A DNA stretch of 64,000 bases from Bdellovibrionales bacterium (GTDB lineage Bacteria > Bdellovibrionota > Bdellovibrionia > Bdellovibrionales > UBA1609). The translations under genes and the position numbers were made by a program. The stretch spans positions 576,001-640,000 of the forward strand of contig OZ241877.1 in NCBI GenBank assembly GCA_965203095.1. Reading direction: 5' to 3'. Each line of letters opens with the position of its first letter. Positions within the stretch are counted from its first letter, which is position 1. A model generated the notes under the pieces. It was not told the DNA's origin. It did not search any database and saw only the letters and a program-made list of their open reading frames with translations. Shown piece after piece: positions 9,613 to 19,095 of the stretch.

Positions 9613-10107
9613 TTATTTGATGCAGGCGGAGGAAAGACCCTGAAAGCTACAACCCCTTTTGCACTTAATTTTTTCAAAAGAGAATAACCTCTCCTGTTGA
9701 GGATCACAGAAAAACCTCAGCAAGTGATCGCCTTCGCATCGGTTTCTCTCAATACGATATACAGCCAAACAGAGGTTAGCCCCCTTTTCGCATCCGTATC
9801 CCACTTGAACATAGCCTGGGGTATATTCGTCCTGATAGCTCTCTGAACAACTGTAAGCTGTGCTGGCCAGTTTCCTTTTATTTTTAGATGAAGGACGAGC
9901 CTTAGTCACCACTCTTTTTTTCTTAATGAGATTTGCTTTTTCTTTGAGAGGGCTATGGTTTTTGCTTTCAGCCATTTCCGCTAAAAGAGCTTTTTCTAAA
10001 ACAAGTCCGGAAAAAACACTGCTCACACACAATAAAAACATTGTTTTTAACATAATGGATTTTAAAAGCCTGTTTCTAAATTTATTTAACATAATATTCC
10101 TCCTCAT
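9613..10107 (-). CDS. Secreted Cys-rich hypothetical protein
   Basis: Signal-peptide-like hydrophobic stretch, basic linker, 8 Cys in the C-terminal domain. Confidence 0.7.
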   Translation of the reverse strand: MRRNIMLNKFRNRLLKSIMLKTMFLLCVSSVFSGLVLEKALLAEMAESKNHSPLKEKANLIKKKRVVTKARPSSKNKRKLASTAYSCSESYQDEYTPGYVQVGYGCEKGANLCLAVYRIERNRCEGDHLLRFFCDPQQERLFSFEKIKCKRGCSFQGLSSACIK

Positions 10108-10169
10108 TTATAAAAGTGAATGCAAGGTCCCTCTTTTATAGAAATTAAATTCATAAGCGTTTACACTCC

Positions 10170-10970
10170 TTACTCTTTACACTGGAGATCGGCCTTATAA
10201 CCTACAAACAGATTATAATAGGGAACACCAACCCAAGTGGTATCATAACTATGGGTGCACAATACTTTGAGAGTTAAATTCCCCTGGCAAATACCCTCAT
10301 TGACTTGTATAACATAGTTCATATCAAAAGAGCAAGGATCCGGACATGCCCGCCAAAGTTTTTTAGCATGTTCACTTTCATTTTTTTCTACAACACTTTC
10401 AACAAAGTTTTGGAAGTATTCATACATTTTATTTTTATGCTCCATACTACAATCTGTTTTTACAGGAAGTTTTTTAGTGGTTTTGTATTCATGGGTTTTA
10501 ATGTATTTTGAGGGGCAGTCCTTTTCTTCCTGAAAAGGCTCAGCATGAATAGTTATTTCAGGAAGTAAATGGCAGTTCGGGCAGTTGGCCTTCACTTGCT
10601 TTTTATTTAGCTTTTCTATTTTATCAATTTCTTTTTTAGATTTTTCTAAAAAAGGGCCTCCGTCTTCCCACATATCGGCTTCGTCCATGGAAAAGCTTTT
10701 TTCTACCACCCCCCCTTCTAAACACTGTTCAATGGTTTTTCCTTGGAGTTGATCAAAAAAATCTTGAAGGCCACATATAGAGATGCAGTCGGGGTTAGAG
10801 CATTTTTTTTCTGCCTTAATTTGGTCGCAAGGGCATTGCTCCAGGGTGCTCTCCGCCCCTATTTGAATTGAAAAAAAAGCCAAAAAAAACAAAGACATAA
10901 TTTTTAACCCCTCATTCCTGCCTTGAGTAGGAATCCAAAAAAGCCCAAAAGACTCTTTAGCAAACTTCAT
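10170..10970 (-). CDS. Secreted Cys-rich hypothetical protein (start may be 10898)
   Basis: Signal peptide MSLFFLAFFSIQIGA and many Cys; a REP-like element lies in the 5' part of the ORF. Confidence 0.7.
   Translation of the reverse strand: MKFAKESFGLFWIPTQGRNEGLKIMSLFFLAFFSIQIGAESTLEQCPCDQIKAEKKCSNPDCISICGLQDFFDQLQGKTIEQCLEGGVVEKSFSMDEADMWEDGGPFLEKSKKEIDKIEKLNKKQVKANCPNCHLLPEITIHAEPFQEEKDCPSKYIKTHEYKTTKKLPVKTDCSMEHKNKMYEYFQNFVESVVEKNESEHAKKLWRACPDPCSFDMNYVIQVNEGICQGNLTLKVLCTHSYDTTWVGVPYYNLFVGYKADLQCKE
10912..10937 (+). repeat. REP-like palindrome (same family)
   Basis: TCATTCCTGCCTTGAGTAGGAATCCA. Confidence 0.7.
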
Positions 10971-10979
10971 AAACGAATA

Positions 10980-12803
10980 TTATCTTTCTATAATGAGTGG
11001 GACTTCACCACTACCCGATTTTGTTGTAGGGGCTGGGGTTGGGGCCGGAGTGTGTTGAGGGCCACTGCCCGCTCCCGCATTTAAACCTGTATTTAAACTA
11101 TTATTGCTGGCTCCTAAAATGGAGTTTCCGGCCACACCTCCAGAAGATACTAACTGGATCTGTTGCCGTATTCTATAAATTTCTTGAGTGAGGCTGGAGA
11201 TCACTTCCTGCCTTTGCATCCAGTCTTTTTGGACAGATTGCTGATGTTGGAGCCATGCTTGTTGCATTTTTATCCGAGCTTGCATTTGTTGCTGTTGAAA
11301 CTGAATGTATTGGCTGTATCGTTGCTGTTGCCATATCCCGGCATTCATCCCTGGCCCCCCTCCAAACTGAAATCCGGCTCCTGCACCGGCCCAAGGGTTG
11401 CCCCCAAAAGAAGAAGCTGGGGGACAGCCTATAGCCATACAAGTCATCCCTCCTCCAAACTGGAAACCGGCACTCGCCCCTCCAAAAGGGTTGCCTCCAA
11501 AAGGGCTACCCCCAAACTGAAAACCGGCACTCGCCCCTCCAAAAGGGTTGCCTCCAAAAGGGCTACCCCCAAACTGAAAACCGGCACTGGCTCCGGACCA
11601 AGGATTTCCTCCAAAAGGACCCCCTCCAAACTGAAAACCGGCACTCGCCCCTCCAAAAGGGTTGCCTCCAAAAGGACCACCTCCAAATTGAAAACCGGCA
11701 CTGGCACCGCCCCAAGGGTTGCCACCAAAACCAGCTCCTGCACTGGCCCAAGGGTTGCCCCCACCGTGAAAGCCTGCACCCGCCCCAAACTGGAAGGGGG
11801 AATACATATTGCCTCTACTATGGGATCCCGGGCTACAGGCAAAACTCCCAAAACGGGAATGCCCACCGGCCAAACCGTGAATACCGTTAGAGATAAAAGG
11901 AAGACCTAAAGAAGCCCCCGCCCAGGACAGGCCGGAAGAGCTTATAGGGTCATAACCCTGCCTTACTCTCAAGTTGTTAAGGGCTAAAGCCTCTTTTTTT
12001 CCAGCTCTATATCCATAATAGGACATAGCCCCGCCAGCTAAAATGGAAAGGGCATTACCTACCACTTGCCCAGTAGTGGGGCCGTCTAAATCCCTCAACT
12101 CTTCTAAACATTCAAAACAAAAGGTATTGGCTTCTGTCTCTTCGTCCTCGTCATCATCAGGCTCTATTTCGCCAAGTTCTTCTTCCCAGTTGTATATCTT
12201 TTCGTCATACTCTTTTCGATTATCGAGCTGTTCTCTCAGCTTATCAAGACTTTTCTCACAAGTTTTTTGACAGTCCTGAAGATTACTTCTACCCTCAACA
12301 TTACATGTTTTTTCTTGTTTGGCATATTCTTTGGCATATTCTCTACAAAACCCCCCGTTCTTGATCCGACCATTGGAGGTAAAAGGCGAAGAAGAATCAT
12401 CTGCCCAAGGAGCCTTTGCAGGATCTATATTACCACTTTCGCCAAGATTCTCCCAACCACTAACTTCTCCAGCTATATAATTTTCAATAAGGTTCACAGC
12501 ATCTTCAGGCGTGCCAATTTCACCTGATGCTGTGTTTAAAGCATCATATTTGTTGCCTGCATCATCAAGAGAGTTAGCCAAATCTGTTTTGAATCTTTCG
12601 ATTTTGTCTTCTATGTTTTCTTGTTTTCTTTGTGCTTTTTCAATCTTTTTTTCTAATTCCTTATAGCGATCTTTTTTGCTCTGTCTTTCCGGTCTTCCAT
12701 GGAGCAGAGCCGCTAATTCTAAAGGGTGCAAACAGGGGTTCCCCGGCATATACATGGATAAAGAAGGCCAGGGGATGAAAAATAAAAATAATATAACTTT
12801 CAA
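10980..12803 (-). CDS. Secreted protein with coiled coils, Gly/Phe-rich 19-aa repeats and a Gln-rich segment
   Basis: Signal peptide; GGNPFGGASAGFQFGG repeats; paralogous to 13381-14940. Confidence 0.8.
   Translation of the reverse strand: MKVILFLFFIPWPSLSMYMPGNPCLHPLELAALLHGRPERQSKKDRYKELEKKIEKAQRKQENIEDKIERFKTDLANSLDDAGNKYDALNTASGEIGTPEDAVNLIENYIAGEVSGWENLGESGNIDPAKAPWADDSSSPFTSNGRIKNGGFCREYAKEYAKQEKTCNVEGRSNLQDCQKTCEKSLDKLREQLDNRKEYDEKIYNWEEELGEIEPDDDEDEETEANTFCFECLEELRDLDGPTTGQVVGNALSILAGGAMSYYGYRAGKKEALALNNLRVRQGYDPISSSGLSWAGASLGLPFISNGIHGLAGGHSRFGSFACSPGSHSRGNMYSPFQFGAGAGFHGGGNPWASAGAGFGGNPWGGASAGFQFGGGPFGGNPFGGASAGFQFGGGPFGGNPWSGASAGFQFGGSPFGGNPFGGASAGFQFGGSPFGGNPFGGASAGFQFGGGMTCMAIGCPPASSFGGNPWAGAGAGFQFGGGPGMNAGIWQQQRYSQYIQFQQQQMQARIKMQQAWLQHQQSVQKDWMQRQEVISSLTQEIYRIRQQIQLVSSGGVAGNSILGASNNSLNTGLNAGAGSGPQHTPAPTPAPTTKSGSGEVPLIIER
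11350..11790 (-). repeat. 57-bp in-frame tandem repeats encoding GGNPFGGASAGFQFGGSPF-like units
   Basis: CCAAACTG(A/G)AAACCGGCACT recurs with 57-bp period; edges are degenerate. Confidence 0.9.
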
Positions 12804-12851
12804 AATAAAAACCTCATAATACTCATTCCCTTTTTACAGGATCCGGCTTTT

Positions 12852-12879
12852 CTGGATTCCCGCTCAAGGCGGGAATGAC
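12852..12879 (-). repeat. REP-like palindrome (same family)
   Basis: CTGGATTCCCGCTCAAGGCGGGAATGAC, followed by a second hairpin GCCCAAAAGCCCA/TGGGCTTTTGGGC. Confidence 0.8.
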
Positions 12880-13183
12880 AGGCAAGGCGGGAGCCCAAAA
12901 GCCCAGTGGGCTTTTGGGCAAAATCTACAAGAACCACCCAAAAGTAAACTTTTTAACAAAATCTGGCAAACTCTCAAAAATAAAAACCTCTTAAATAGTA
13001 TAAGCAAAAACTTAAAAAATAAAAACTTAAATTTTACTTAAAATTACATGAATCCAGTTAAAAGATTCAAGATAGAGTTTTGCCTCTATTAAAACAATGT
13101 CAGCAAAAACTGAATTTTAAAAAAATGGACCTCCTTTTTCTATAAAAAATCAGGACTTAAAGCCAGATCATTTAAGCTATTTA

Positions 13184-13336
13184 GTCGTCCGTGAAAAAGC
13201 TGGACAAAAAGCCTCATCCTCTTTTTCCTGATTTTGTCCAAAGGCCATTCGGTGATGGTCCAAGGTATGGCCGTCCCGAAATGGAATGGTCCTTTGGACA
13301 AAAAAAGTTAAAAAACAAAGGTTTTTCACGGACAAC
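13184..13336 (+). mobile_element. MITE, 153 bp (copy A)
   Basis: TIRs GTCGTCCGTGAAAAA / TTTTTCACGGACAAC; flanking direct repeat TATTTA; internal hairpin; near-identical to 51853-52006. Confidence 0.85.
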
Positions 13337-13380
13337 TATTTAAAAAAAGAAAAAACCCCTTTAATAGCCATGAACCTTCC

Positions 13381-14940
13381 TTAATAATGCAACATGTTAA
13401 AGCCCTGCCCGTATTGGTAATTATACCTGTGACCGTGAGGATCCATTGAGGGGCTACAGGACCAGCCCCCTACTGGGGTATTGGTCCGGGTCAAGCCATG
13501 GAGGCCCTGGGCCATAAAAGGGAAACCGGCACTGGCTCCCGAAAAAGAGTAAAAGTCATGTTGAGCCTCATAGCCTTGGCGGATCCTCATCATATTGAGG
13601 TCCATCTGGGATTGACGACCTATACGGTAGCCTAAAACACCCATGCCCGCACCGGCCACAATGTTTAGTGCATTGCCAATAGTCTCGCCCACAGTGGGAC
13701 GACTGGCATCTAAAACCCTTTTTAAGCAGGAAATGCATATCCCGCCGGCTTCTGTTTTTCTTTGGGATTCTGAGTCGGTGGAATCTTTTTTATCTTCCAG
13801 ATCATCTTGTAAATCATCTAAATCTTTTTCTGCCTTAGCAATTTTTTTGACATAGCTTTGCATTCTTTTTAAGGCTCTATTGCAATCATTTTTATCCTGA
13901 GCATATTGATTGCAAAAACTTTGGCTCACCCGGCCCTTGTCTTGAAAAGCCTTATGATTTTGCCACTCCTCCTCACACTCTGTTGCTGTTTCAGCTGGTG
14001 GGGCTGGCTCTTCTGATTCTGTAGTTGGGGAGGGCTTTTTGGCTGGGATTGGGACTGTTTCTATAATAGGTCGTGCACCAGGATAACCTTCGGTGTCGCC
14101 TATTTGGCATGTTCTGTTTGTAAAAGTAAGTCCTTTGTTATCACATTCTATTCTTTCCTTAGTTTTTACGCATTTGTTATTGCCCGCTTTTATGAAACCT
14201 CTATGTTCAAGACAGTTACACTTTTTGTGCTGAAAACTCCAAAATAGTTCACCAGGACAGTCACAATAATAGCTCTCACTTATATGTTTTGTATATGTCC
14301 CACCGCCATTCTTGCATTCTTGTGCTTTTTGATCATCTATTCTGCTTGCATCTACTTCTACCTCAGACCTCCCAGATGCTAAAACGCCCTCTTTCTCAAT
14401 CTCTTCATTATCGCCATTAGTTGCATTAAAATTAAGAAGATCCTTACTAAAAGCGAAAGGGAAGGAGGCTCGCCACAAAATTTCCAGCATGGGCGAGTTG
14501 GGGAAAAAAGCAGATCTTAGCTCCCTTAAAAAACCCGGATCGGCAAAGCCCTGCCCCACTCTATAAGCAAAATAGCCATTTTTTAAGCCATCTAAGGAAG
14601 AAGTTTCAGCACAGTCAAAACCATTTTGCCGGGACTCCATATAATCGCGAATCTGGCTGGCCACTCTATATTTATCGTCTAAAGAAAGGGAATCCCCTAA
14701 CTCCCCTTCATATTTATCCAAAGATTTATAAAGTTTGTTGATGGATTTCTTTTTTTTCCGGATCTTTTTTCTTAAACTATCAATGGGTGATTCTTGTTTT
14801 GGAGGTTTAGACATCAGAGCCGCTAACTGAATGGGCGAATGGCACATACTATTATAAGCCCCAGCAGGGCTTAAAACCAAAGCCGGACTACAGATCAAGC
14901 CCAATAAGGAAATTCTTTTTAAATATGTCATAGACTCCAT
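13381..14940 (-). CDS. Secreted protein, paralogue of 10980-12803, with a central Cys-rich and Pro-rich insertion
   Basis: Shared blocks: LAAL, TEA..CxxCL, PT.G...GNAL.I.AG, RQGY, G.PF...G.HGL, CSP. Confidence 0.8.
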   Translation of the reverse strand: MESMTYLKRISLLGLICSPALVLSPAGAYNSMCHSPIQLAALMSKPPKQESPIDSLRKKIRKKKKSINKLYKSLDKYEGELGDSLSLDDKYRVASQIRDYMESRQNGFDCAETSSLDGLKNGYFAYRVGQGFADPGFLRELRSAFFPNSPMLEILWRASFPFAFSKDLLNFNATNGDNEEIEKEGVLASGRSEVEVDASRIDDQKAQECKNGGGTYTKHISESYYCDCPGELFWSFQHKKCNCLEHRGFIKAGNNKCVKTKERIECDNKGLTFTNRTCQIGDTEGYPGARPIIETVPIPAKKPSPTTESEEPAPPAETATECEEEWQNHKAFQDKGRVSQSFCNQYAQDKNDCNRALKRMQSYVKKIAKAEKDLDDLQDDLEDKKDSTDSESQRKTEAGGICISCLKRVLDASRPTVGETIGNALNIVAGAGMGVLGYRIGRQSQMDLNMMRIRQGYEAQHDFYSFSGASAGFPFMAQGLHGLTRTNTPVGGWSCSPSMDPHGHRYNYQYGQGFNMLHY

Positions 14941-15105
14941 TTTTTAAAAGCCCTTAACTGATTCCATAATAATTGAACCAGCTGATTAAAATCCACTATA
15001 AATAAAATCGGCAATTTAAAAGCCAAGCTTTAATTATTCCCCCAAGACAAAAGTCCAAAAAAAGCCCTTTTTTTAGGGAATCTTTTTTGCATGTAAATAT
15101 TAGGT

Positions 15106-16332
15106 ATGAGGTGTTTTTTTGGAATAAGCCTTCTTTTTTGCCCTTTTTCCCCCATTTTATTAGCCGAAAAAATCATTTTATCCCCAGGAGAACTGGCCTT
15201 TATCCCCCGCCCTACGGATCAAAAAATTCGTATAGGGGACAAAAGTCTGTTATCCTTCCGGGCAGAACAGGGCCAGATCTCCCTTTTGGCCAGAAAACGG
15301 GGGCAGAGCCTGCTTGTGGCGGGCAATAAAAAGTATGAAATTTTTGTTCTGGAAAAGGAGAAAAAGCAAAAAGCCATAAAGTTAGACCAACTTTTAAACA
15401 AAATGTGGGGCTTAAGCTGGTCTCTTTCAAGTCAATCAATTTTTCAAATCACAGGGAGGCTTAACCGCCTTCATGACTATGTGGATCTGGCTGAGCTGAG
15501 CCAATCACTCAATATTTTATACGAGTTTAAGGCTTTGCCCGGCGAAGGTCTTAAACCAAGCATTAAACAATATTTTAAAAAAATTTTTAAAAATCAGATT
15601 CTTCCGGAATTTATTTGGGGAGAGCAAGCTTTAGCCTATACCCCTAAGGGGGCAGATCTCTCTTATTACAAAAATATTCTCCGGCCCTTTGGCCTTACTC
15701 CTAAGGAAGATCCTCTATGGTTTTTCAAAAATCCTTTTATTGAGATAGAAATCGCTTTGGTGGAGATTTTAAATTCTTCCAGCTTTTCCTTCAAAAGCCA
15801 AGATGGGGGATTTGATCAGGTTTTTTTAAAAAACTGGAGTTCTCTCTTAGGTTTTTTGAATTTTTTAAAAAGTTCCGGCTATGGGAAAAGCCTGCATCAC
15901 TCCTCCATTATAGCACAAAGTGGGCAAAGCTTGAAAATCCATTCCGGTGGCCAAATCCCCTTCCACAATTACAACACAAAAACAGAGCAAAGCAGTGCTC
16001 AGTGGAAGTCGCACGGACTTCAGCTCCATATCACTCCCACAGTGGGAAAAAGAGATCATATTTTGCTAACTATTAAGGCTCAGCTTTCAGAACCCCTGCC
16101 CCAAAGTTTTTTGTCCGGCCCTCCCCCTTTAAAAAACCAAAGTTGGGAGAGCCAGATAGTGTTAAAAAATCGGCAAATTTTAAAACTTTTCCATTTAAAA
16201 AAACAGGCTCAAGGGAAACAAAACAACAGCCAGATAGGCTGGCTTAACAGCCTCACTTATTCCCTTTTTGGCGGTAGTGGCCAACACAAAATGTCCCAGT
16301 TTGTTTTTATTCAAGCCCGAATTAAAAAATGA
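15106..16332 (+). CDS. Tad/Flp pilus secretin (RcpA/CpaC-like)
   Basis: Signal peptide, N-terminal pilus-formation-like domain, secretin motifs HSGGQIPF and GLQLHITP; stop overlaps the ATPase start. Confidence 0.7.
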   Translation: MRCFFGISLLFCPFSPILLAEKIILSPGELAFIPRPTDQKIRIGDKSLLSFRAEQGQISLLARKRGQSLLVAGNKKYEIFVLEKEKKQKAIKLDQLLNKMWGLSWSLSSQSIFQITGRLNRLHDYVDLAELSQSLNILYEFKALPGEGLKPSIKQYFKKIFKNQILPEFIWGEQALAYTPKGADLSYYKNILRPFGLTPKEDPLWFFKNPFIEIEIALVEILNSSSFSFKSQDGGFDQVFLKNWSSLLGFLNFLKSSGYGKSLHHSSIIAQSGQSLKIHSGGQIPFHNYNTKTEQSSAQWKSHGLQLHITPTVGKRDHILLTIKAQLSEPLPQSFLSGPPPLKNQSWESQIVLKNRQILKLFHLKKQAQGKQNNSQIGWLNSLTYSLFGGSGQHKMSQFVFIQARIKK

Positions 16333-17444
16333 AACCGGAAAACAGCCTTTTTAAAGAGTTTGAAAGCATCCTCCATCTCTTCCAAAACAGCCTGACAGAA
16401 AAGGGCCTGAGCCTCCCCCCACAAGAAAAAAGCAATGATGAGAGCATCCACAAAATCATAGAGGAAAGCAGTTCTACAAAAAACAAACAGAGAATCCTGT
16501 CTGAATTTTCCAGTTTTGGACCCTTAGATGACCTCTTACAAGAACCCGACATCAATGAAATTATTATTTCCAGCAAAGATCATATTTTTTATGAAAAGTA
16601 TGGGAAGATTTTGCAATGGGAAGATAGTTTTTTATCCACAATCACTTTTCATAACATTGTTGAAAAGATAGGGGCACAGGCCCAAATTGCAGTGAATGTT
16701 AAAAAGCCCTTTGCTGAGGGGAAGTGGAAAGATTTCCGGGTGCATTTACTTCGCCCCCCTGTGGTGAAAGAGGATTTTCAGCTCTGTTTGAGGAGACATC
16801 CTAAAAGTTTTTGGACTTTAGACAAGTTGGAGGGAAAAAGCTGGGCAAGGCCCCAAGCTGTAGACATTGTTCGGCAATTTGTGCGGGATCGCTTGAATTT
16901 TTTAATTGTTGGCCCCACCAGCTCAGGGAAAACCTCTGTCCTCAATGCCTGTTTGCAAGAGCTTACCCCTGATGAAAGAGTCCTCAGTATTGAGGATACT
17001 GATGAAATCATCCTGCCCAACAAAGTGAGCACTAAACTTTTCAGCCAAACGGATCCGGAGAGTTTAAAAGCATCCATTAGCCAGCAGGAACTAGTCCGGC
17101 AGAGTTTGAGATTACGACCTGACCGAATTGTTATGGGTGAAGTCCGGGGGGAAGAGGCTAAGGATCTCCTCCTATCTCTTTCCACAGGCCATAGAGGGAG
17201 TATTGGCACCATCCACGGGAGTAGTCACAAACAGGCTTTATGGAAGTTGGAGACTTTGGCACAGATGGGTGCCCCTCAGTGGAGGAGTGAAACTGTCAAA
17301 AATTTGATATTTTCCAGCCTGAATGGGCTTTTGGTTTTGGAAAAAAGGGAAGGGATAAGACTTCTTAAAGGGATTTACAAAATCACGGCCTTAGAGCCTT
17401 CGGGTTTTTTATTTGAGAGCCTATTTGAAAGGCCCTCTGTTTGA
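16329..17444 (+). CDS. cpaF: Tad pilus assembly ATPase (CpaF/TadA)
   Basis: Walker A GPTSSGKT, IEDTDE, LRLRPDRIVMGEVRG, TGHRG..TIH. Confidence 0.88.
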   Translation: MKPENSLFKEFESILHLFQNSLTEKGLSLPPQEKSNDESIHKIIEESSSTKNKQRILSEFSSFGPLDDLLQEPDINEIIISSKDHIFYEKYGKILQWEDSFLSTITFHNIVEKIGAQAQIAVNVKKPFAEGKWKDFRVHLLRPPVVKEDFQLCLRRHPKSFWTLDKLEGKSWARPQAVDIVRQFVRDRLNFLIVGPTSSGKTSVLNACLQELTPDERVLSIEDTDEIILPNKVSTKLFSQTDPESLKASISQQELVRQSLRLRPDRIVMGEVRGEEAKDLLLSLSTGHRGSIGTIHGSSHKQALWKLETLAQMGAPQWRSETVKNLIFSSLNGLLVLEKREGIRLLKGIYKITALEPSGFLFESLFERPSV

Positions 17445-17459
17445 GGGACTACTGGAATT

Positions 17460-18335
17460 TTATGTTTTATCCAGCCTCAAAACAGATTTTTTGGCTTTAA
17501 TAGCTAAAACCACACAGTCTTTTGAAAGGGCTTGGCTTTTCCCAAACTCATTGCAGGCAAACAAGACATTTTGCCGTATTTCTAAAACATCATCCGTCCG
17601 GTGGTGATTGACTGTGAGAGCAATGTTTTTCCGGCCAAAGCTTTGCCCTTTTTGGTTTTTCCTTTGAGCCACTCCGGGAGAGCAAAGTAAAAGTATGTCT
17701 CCGGGCTGAATGCTTAACTTGGCACTTTGAACAGGTTTTTGATGAAAATAAGGAGCTGAAGGAGGCAAAATATTTATGTCCTTCCCTGGAGGCTTTTTTC
17801 CAAAAAATATGTCTCCGGTCAAACAGTAATCTAACTCTAAAGAAGAGGCGGAGACAATGCCGTAAAACAGATGAATCTTTTCCTTCCGGCTCACAACGGA
17901 AAAGATCTGTTGGGAGATAAAGGAAAAAAAATCTTTTGCCGTTTTTTTGCCTTTCAAGTGAGGGGAAAATTTTAAAAAAGAAGACAAAAAAAGCGAACTC
18001 ACTGCATAGGCATTAAAACTGGAGAGCACAAATCCAAAATTCATGGAGTCTTTAATTTTAATCACATCAAAAAAATCCCCACTCACCCCTTGTTGGCATG
18101 GCAAAAATCTATAGCTAAATTCAAACCCATGAATTTGTGGTAAACGAACAGGAAGAAGATTTTTATGTATGTCACGGATAAGAGATAGATTTTTTTCTAA
18201 CTGGGTAGAAATGTTTTTAATTCGAGTATAAGACTGTGTTAAAGCTTTTTTCTGATTTTTCAAAATCTGATCTTTTTCTTTTAGTTTTTGCTCCAATAGC
18301 CGGACTTTCTTTTTTAAAAGATCGGGGTTTTTCAC
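17460..18335 (-). CDS. SpoIIE/PP2C-like phosphatase-domain protein
   Basis: N-terminal coiled coil, LLP...VSGDFFDV, GDILLLCSPGV; several metal-binding Asp look substituted. Confidence 0.75.
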   Translation of the reverse strand: MKNPDLLKKKVRLLEQKLKEKDQILKNQKKALTQSYTRIKNISTQLEKNLSLIRDIHKNLLPVRLPQIHGFEFSYRFLPCQQGVSGDFFDVIKIKDSMNFGFVLSSFNAYAVSSLFLSSFLKFSPHLKGKKTAKDFFSFISQQIFSVVSRKEKIHLFYGIVSASSLELDYCLTGDIFFGKKPPGKDINILPPSAPYFHQKPVQSAKLSIQPGDILLLCSPGVAQRKNQKGQSFGRKNIALTVNHHRTDDVLEIRQNVLFACNEFGKSQALSKDCVVLAIKAKKSVLRLDKT

Positions 18336-19069
18336 AACAGGGCCTCCCTTTTTTTTGGTTGAAAAACATCATAACAAATAGAGTGGCTTTTAAAGCAATG
18401 AAGGACAGGCTGATAAAGCGACGGTTCCCGCCTTTGCCTTTTTACAACCACCCTCTTTTTGGCCTTTTGCAAAGCCATTTTTAAAAGAGCATGTTGATTT
18501 TTAGTCTCCCCTACAAGTTTTTTTAAAATCTGCATATTTTTTTTGCCCAAAGCCTTTTTTTTCTCTCCAAACATGGGATCCATATAAATAACATCGGGTT
18601 CATCTTCTGTTTTGAGCTGGCTCAAGTAATTTAAGCTATCACAAAGTATAAGTTGCAAACCTTTTATTTGAAAGTGAGTTTCCCCCAACTCATAAGGCTC
18701 AATTCCTTTTTGTGGATATAAACAATTGAGTTTTTGGTTTTTGCCTTTTGCTTTTTGCTCCAAATAGGATCGAACAAAATGAAAAACAAAAGGATGAGAC
18801 TCTACAGCCCTCACCTGACAACCCATTTGAGAAAGCAAAAAAGCCTCTCGTGCCCAACCGGCGGTAATATCTAAAACTTTTAGGGCCTGCCCTTTAAAGC
18901 CAATAGCTTTAAATAGAGCTTGGCTATGGAAGAGAGGTTTTTTATCTAAATCCAACACAAAATTGTAATGAGTGGTTTTAAGAGACCAAGCCCCTCCTTT
19001 TGTTTTTTTGACCTGCCAACCAGTGGGGAGGGGAAATGTGTCAAAAAACTTTTCCTGAATGGAACTCAT
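18332..19069 (-). CDS. rsmJ: 16S rRNA m2G1516 methyltransferase
   Basis: VLDITAGWAREAF, PDVIYMDPMF, KRVVVKR. Confidence 0.82.
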   Translation of the reverse strand: MSSIQEKFFDTFPLPTGWQVKKTKGGAWSLKTTHYNFVLDLDKKPLFHSQALFKAIGFKGQALKVLDITAGWAREAFLLSQMGCQVRAVESHPFVFHFVRSYLEQKAKGKNQKLNCLYPQKGIEPYELGETHFQIKGLQLILCDSLNYLSQLKTEDEPDVIYMDPMFGEKKKALGKKNMQILKKLVGETKNQHALLKMALQKAKKRVVVKRQRREPSLYQPVLHCFKSHSICYDVFQPKKREALL

Positions 19070-19095
19070 AATTTTACCTGCTCCGCTTTTAACCC

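Noticed and set aside
1504..11790. Same 57-bp period in two repeat genes
   Set aside because: The unit sequences are unrelated; treated as coincidence
11163..11909. 248-aa plus-strand ORF and other alternative-frame ORFs within repeat genes
   Set aside because: Shadow frames kept open by low-complexity tandem repeats
12798..12995. Direct repeat CAAAA(A)TAAAAACCTC at ~12801 and ~12975
   Set aside because: Short and AT-rich; it may be a duplicated RBS region around the REP insertion but is too weak to interpret
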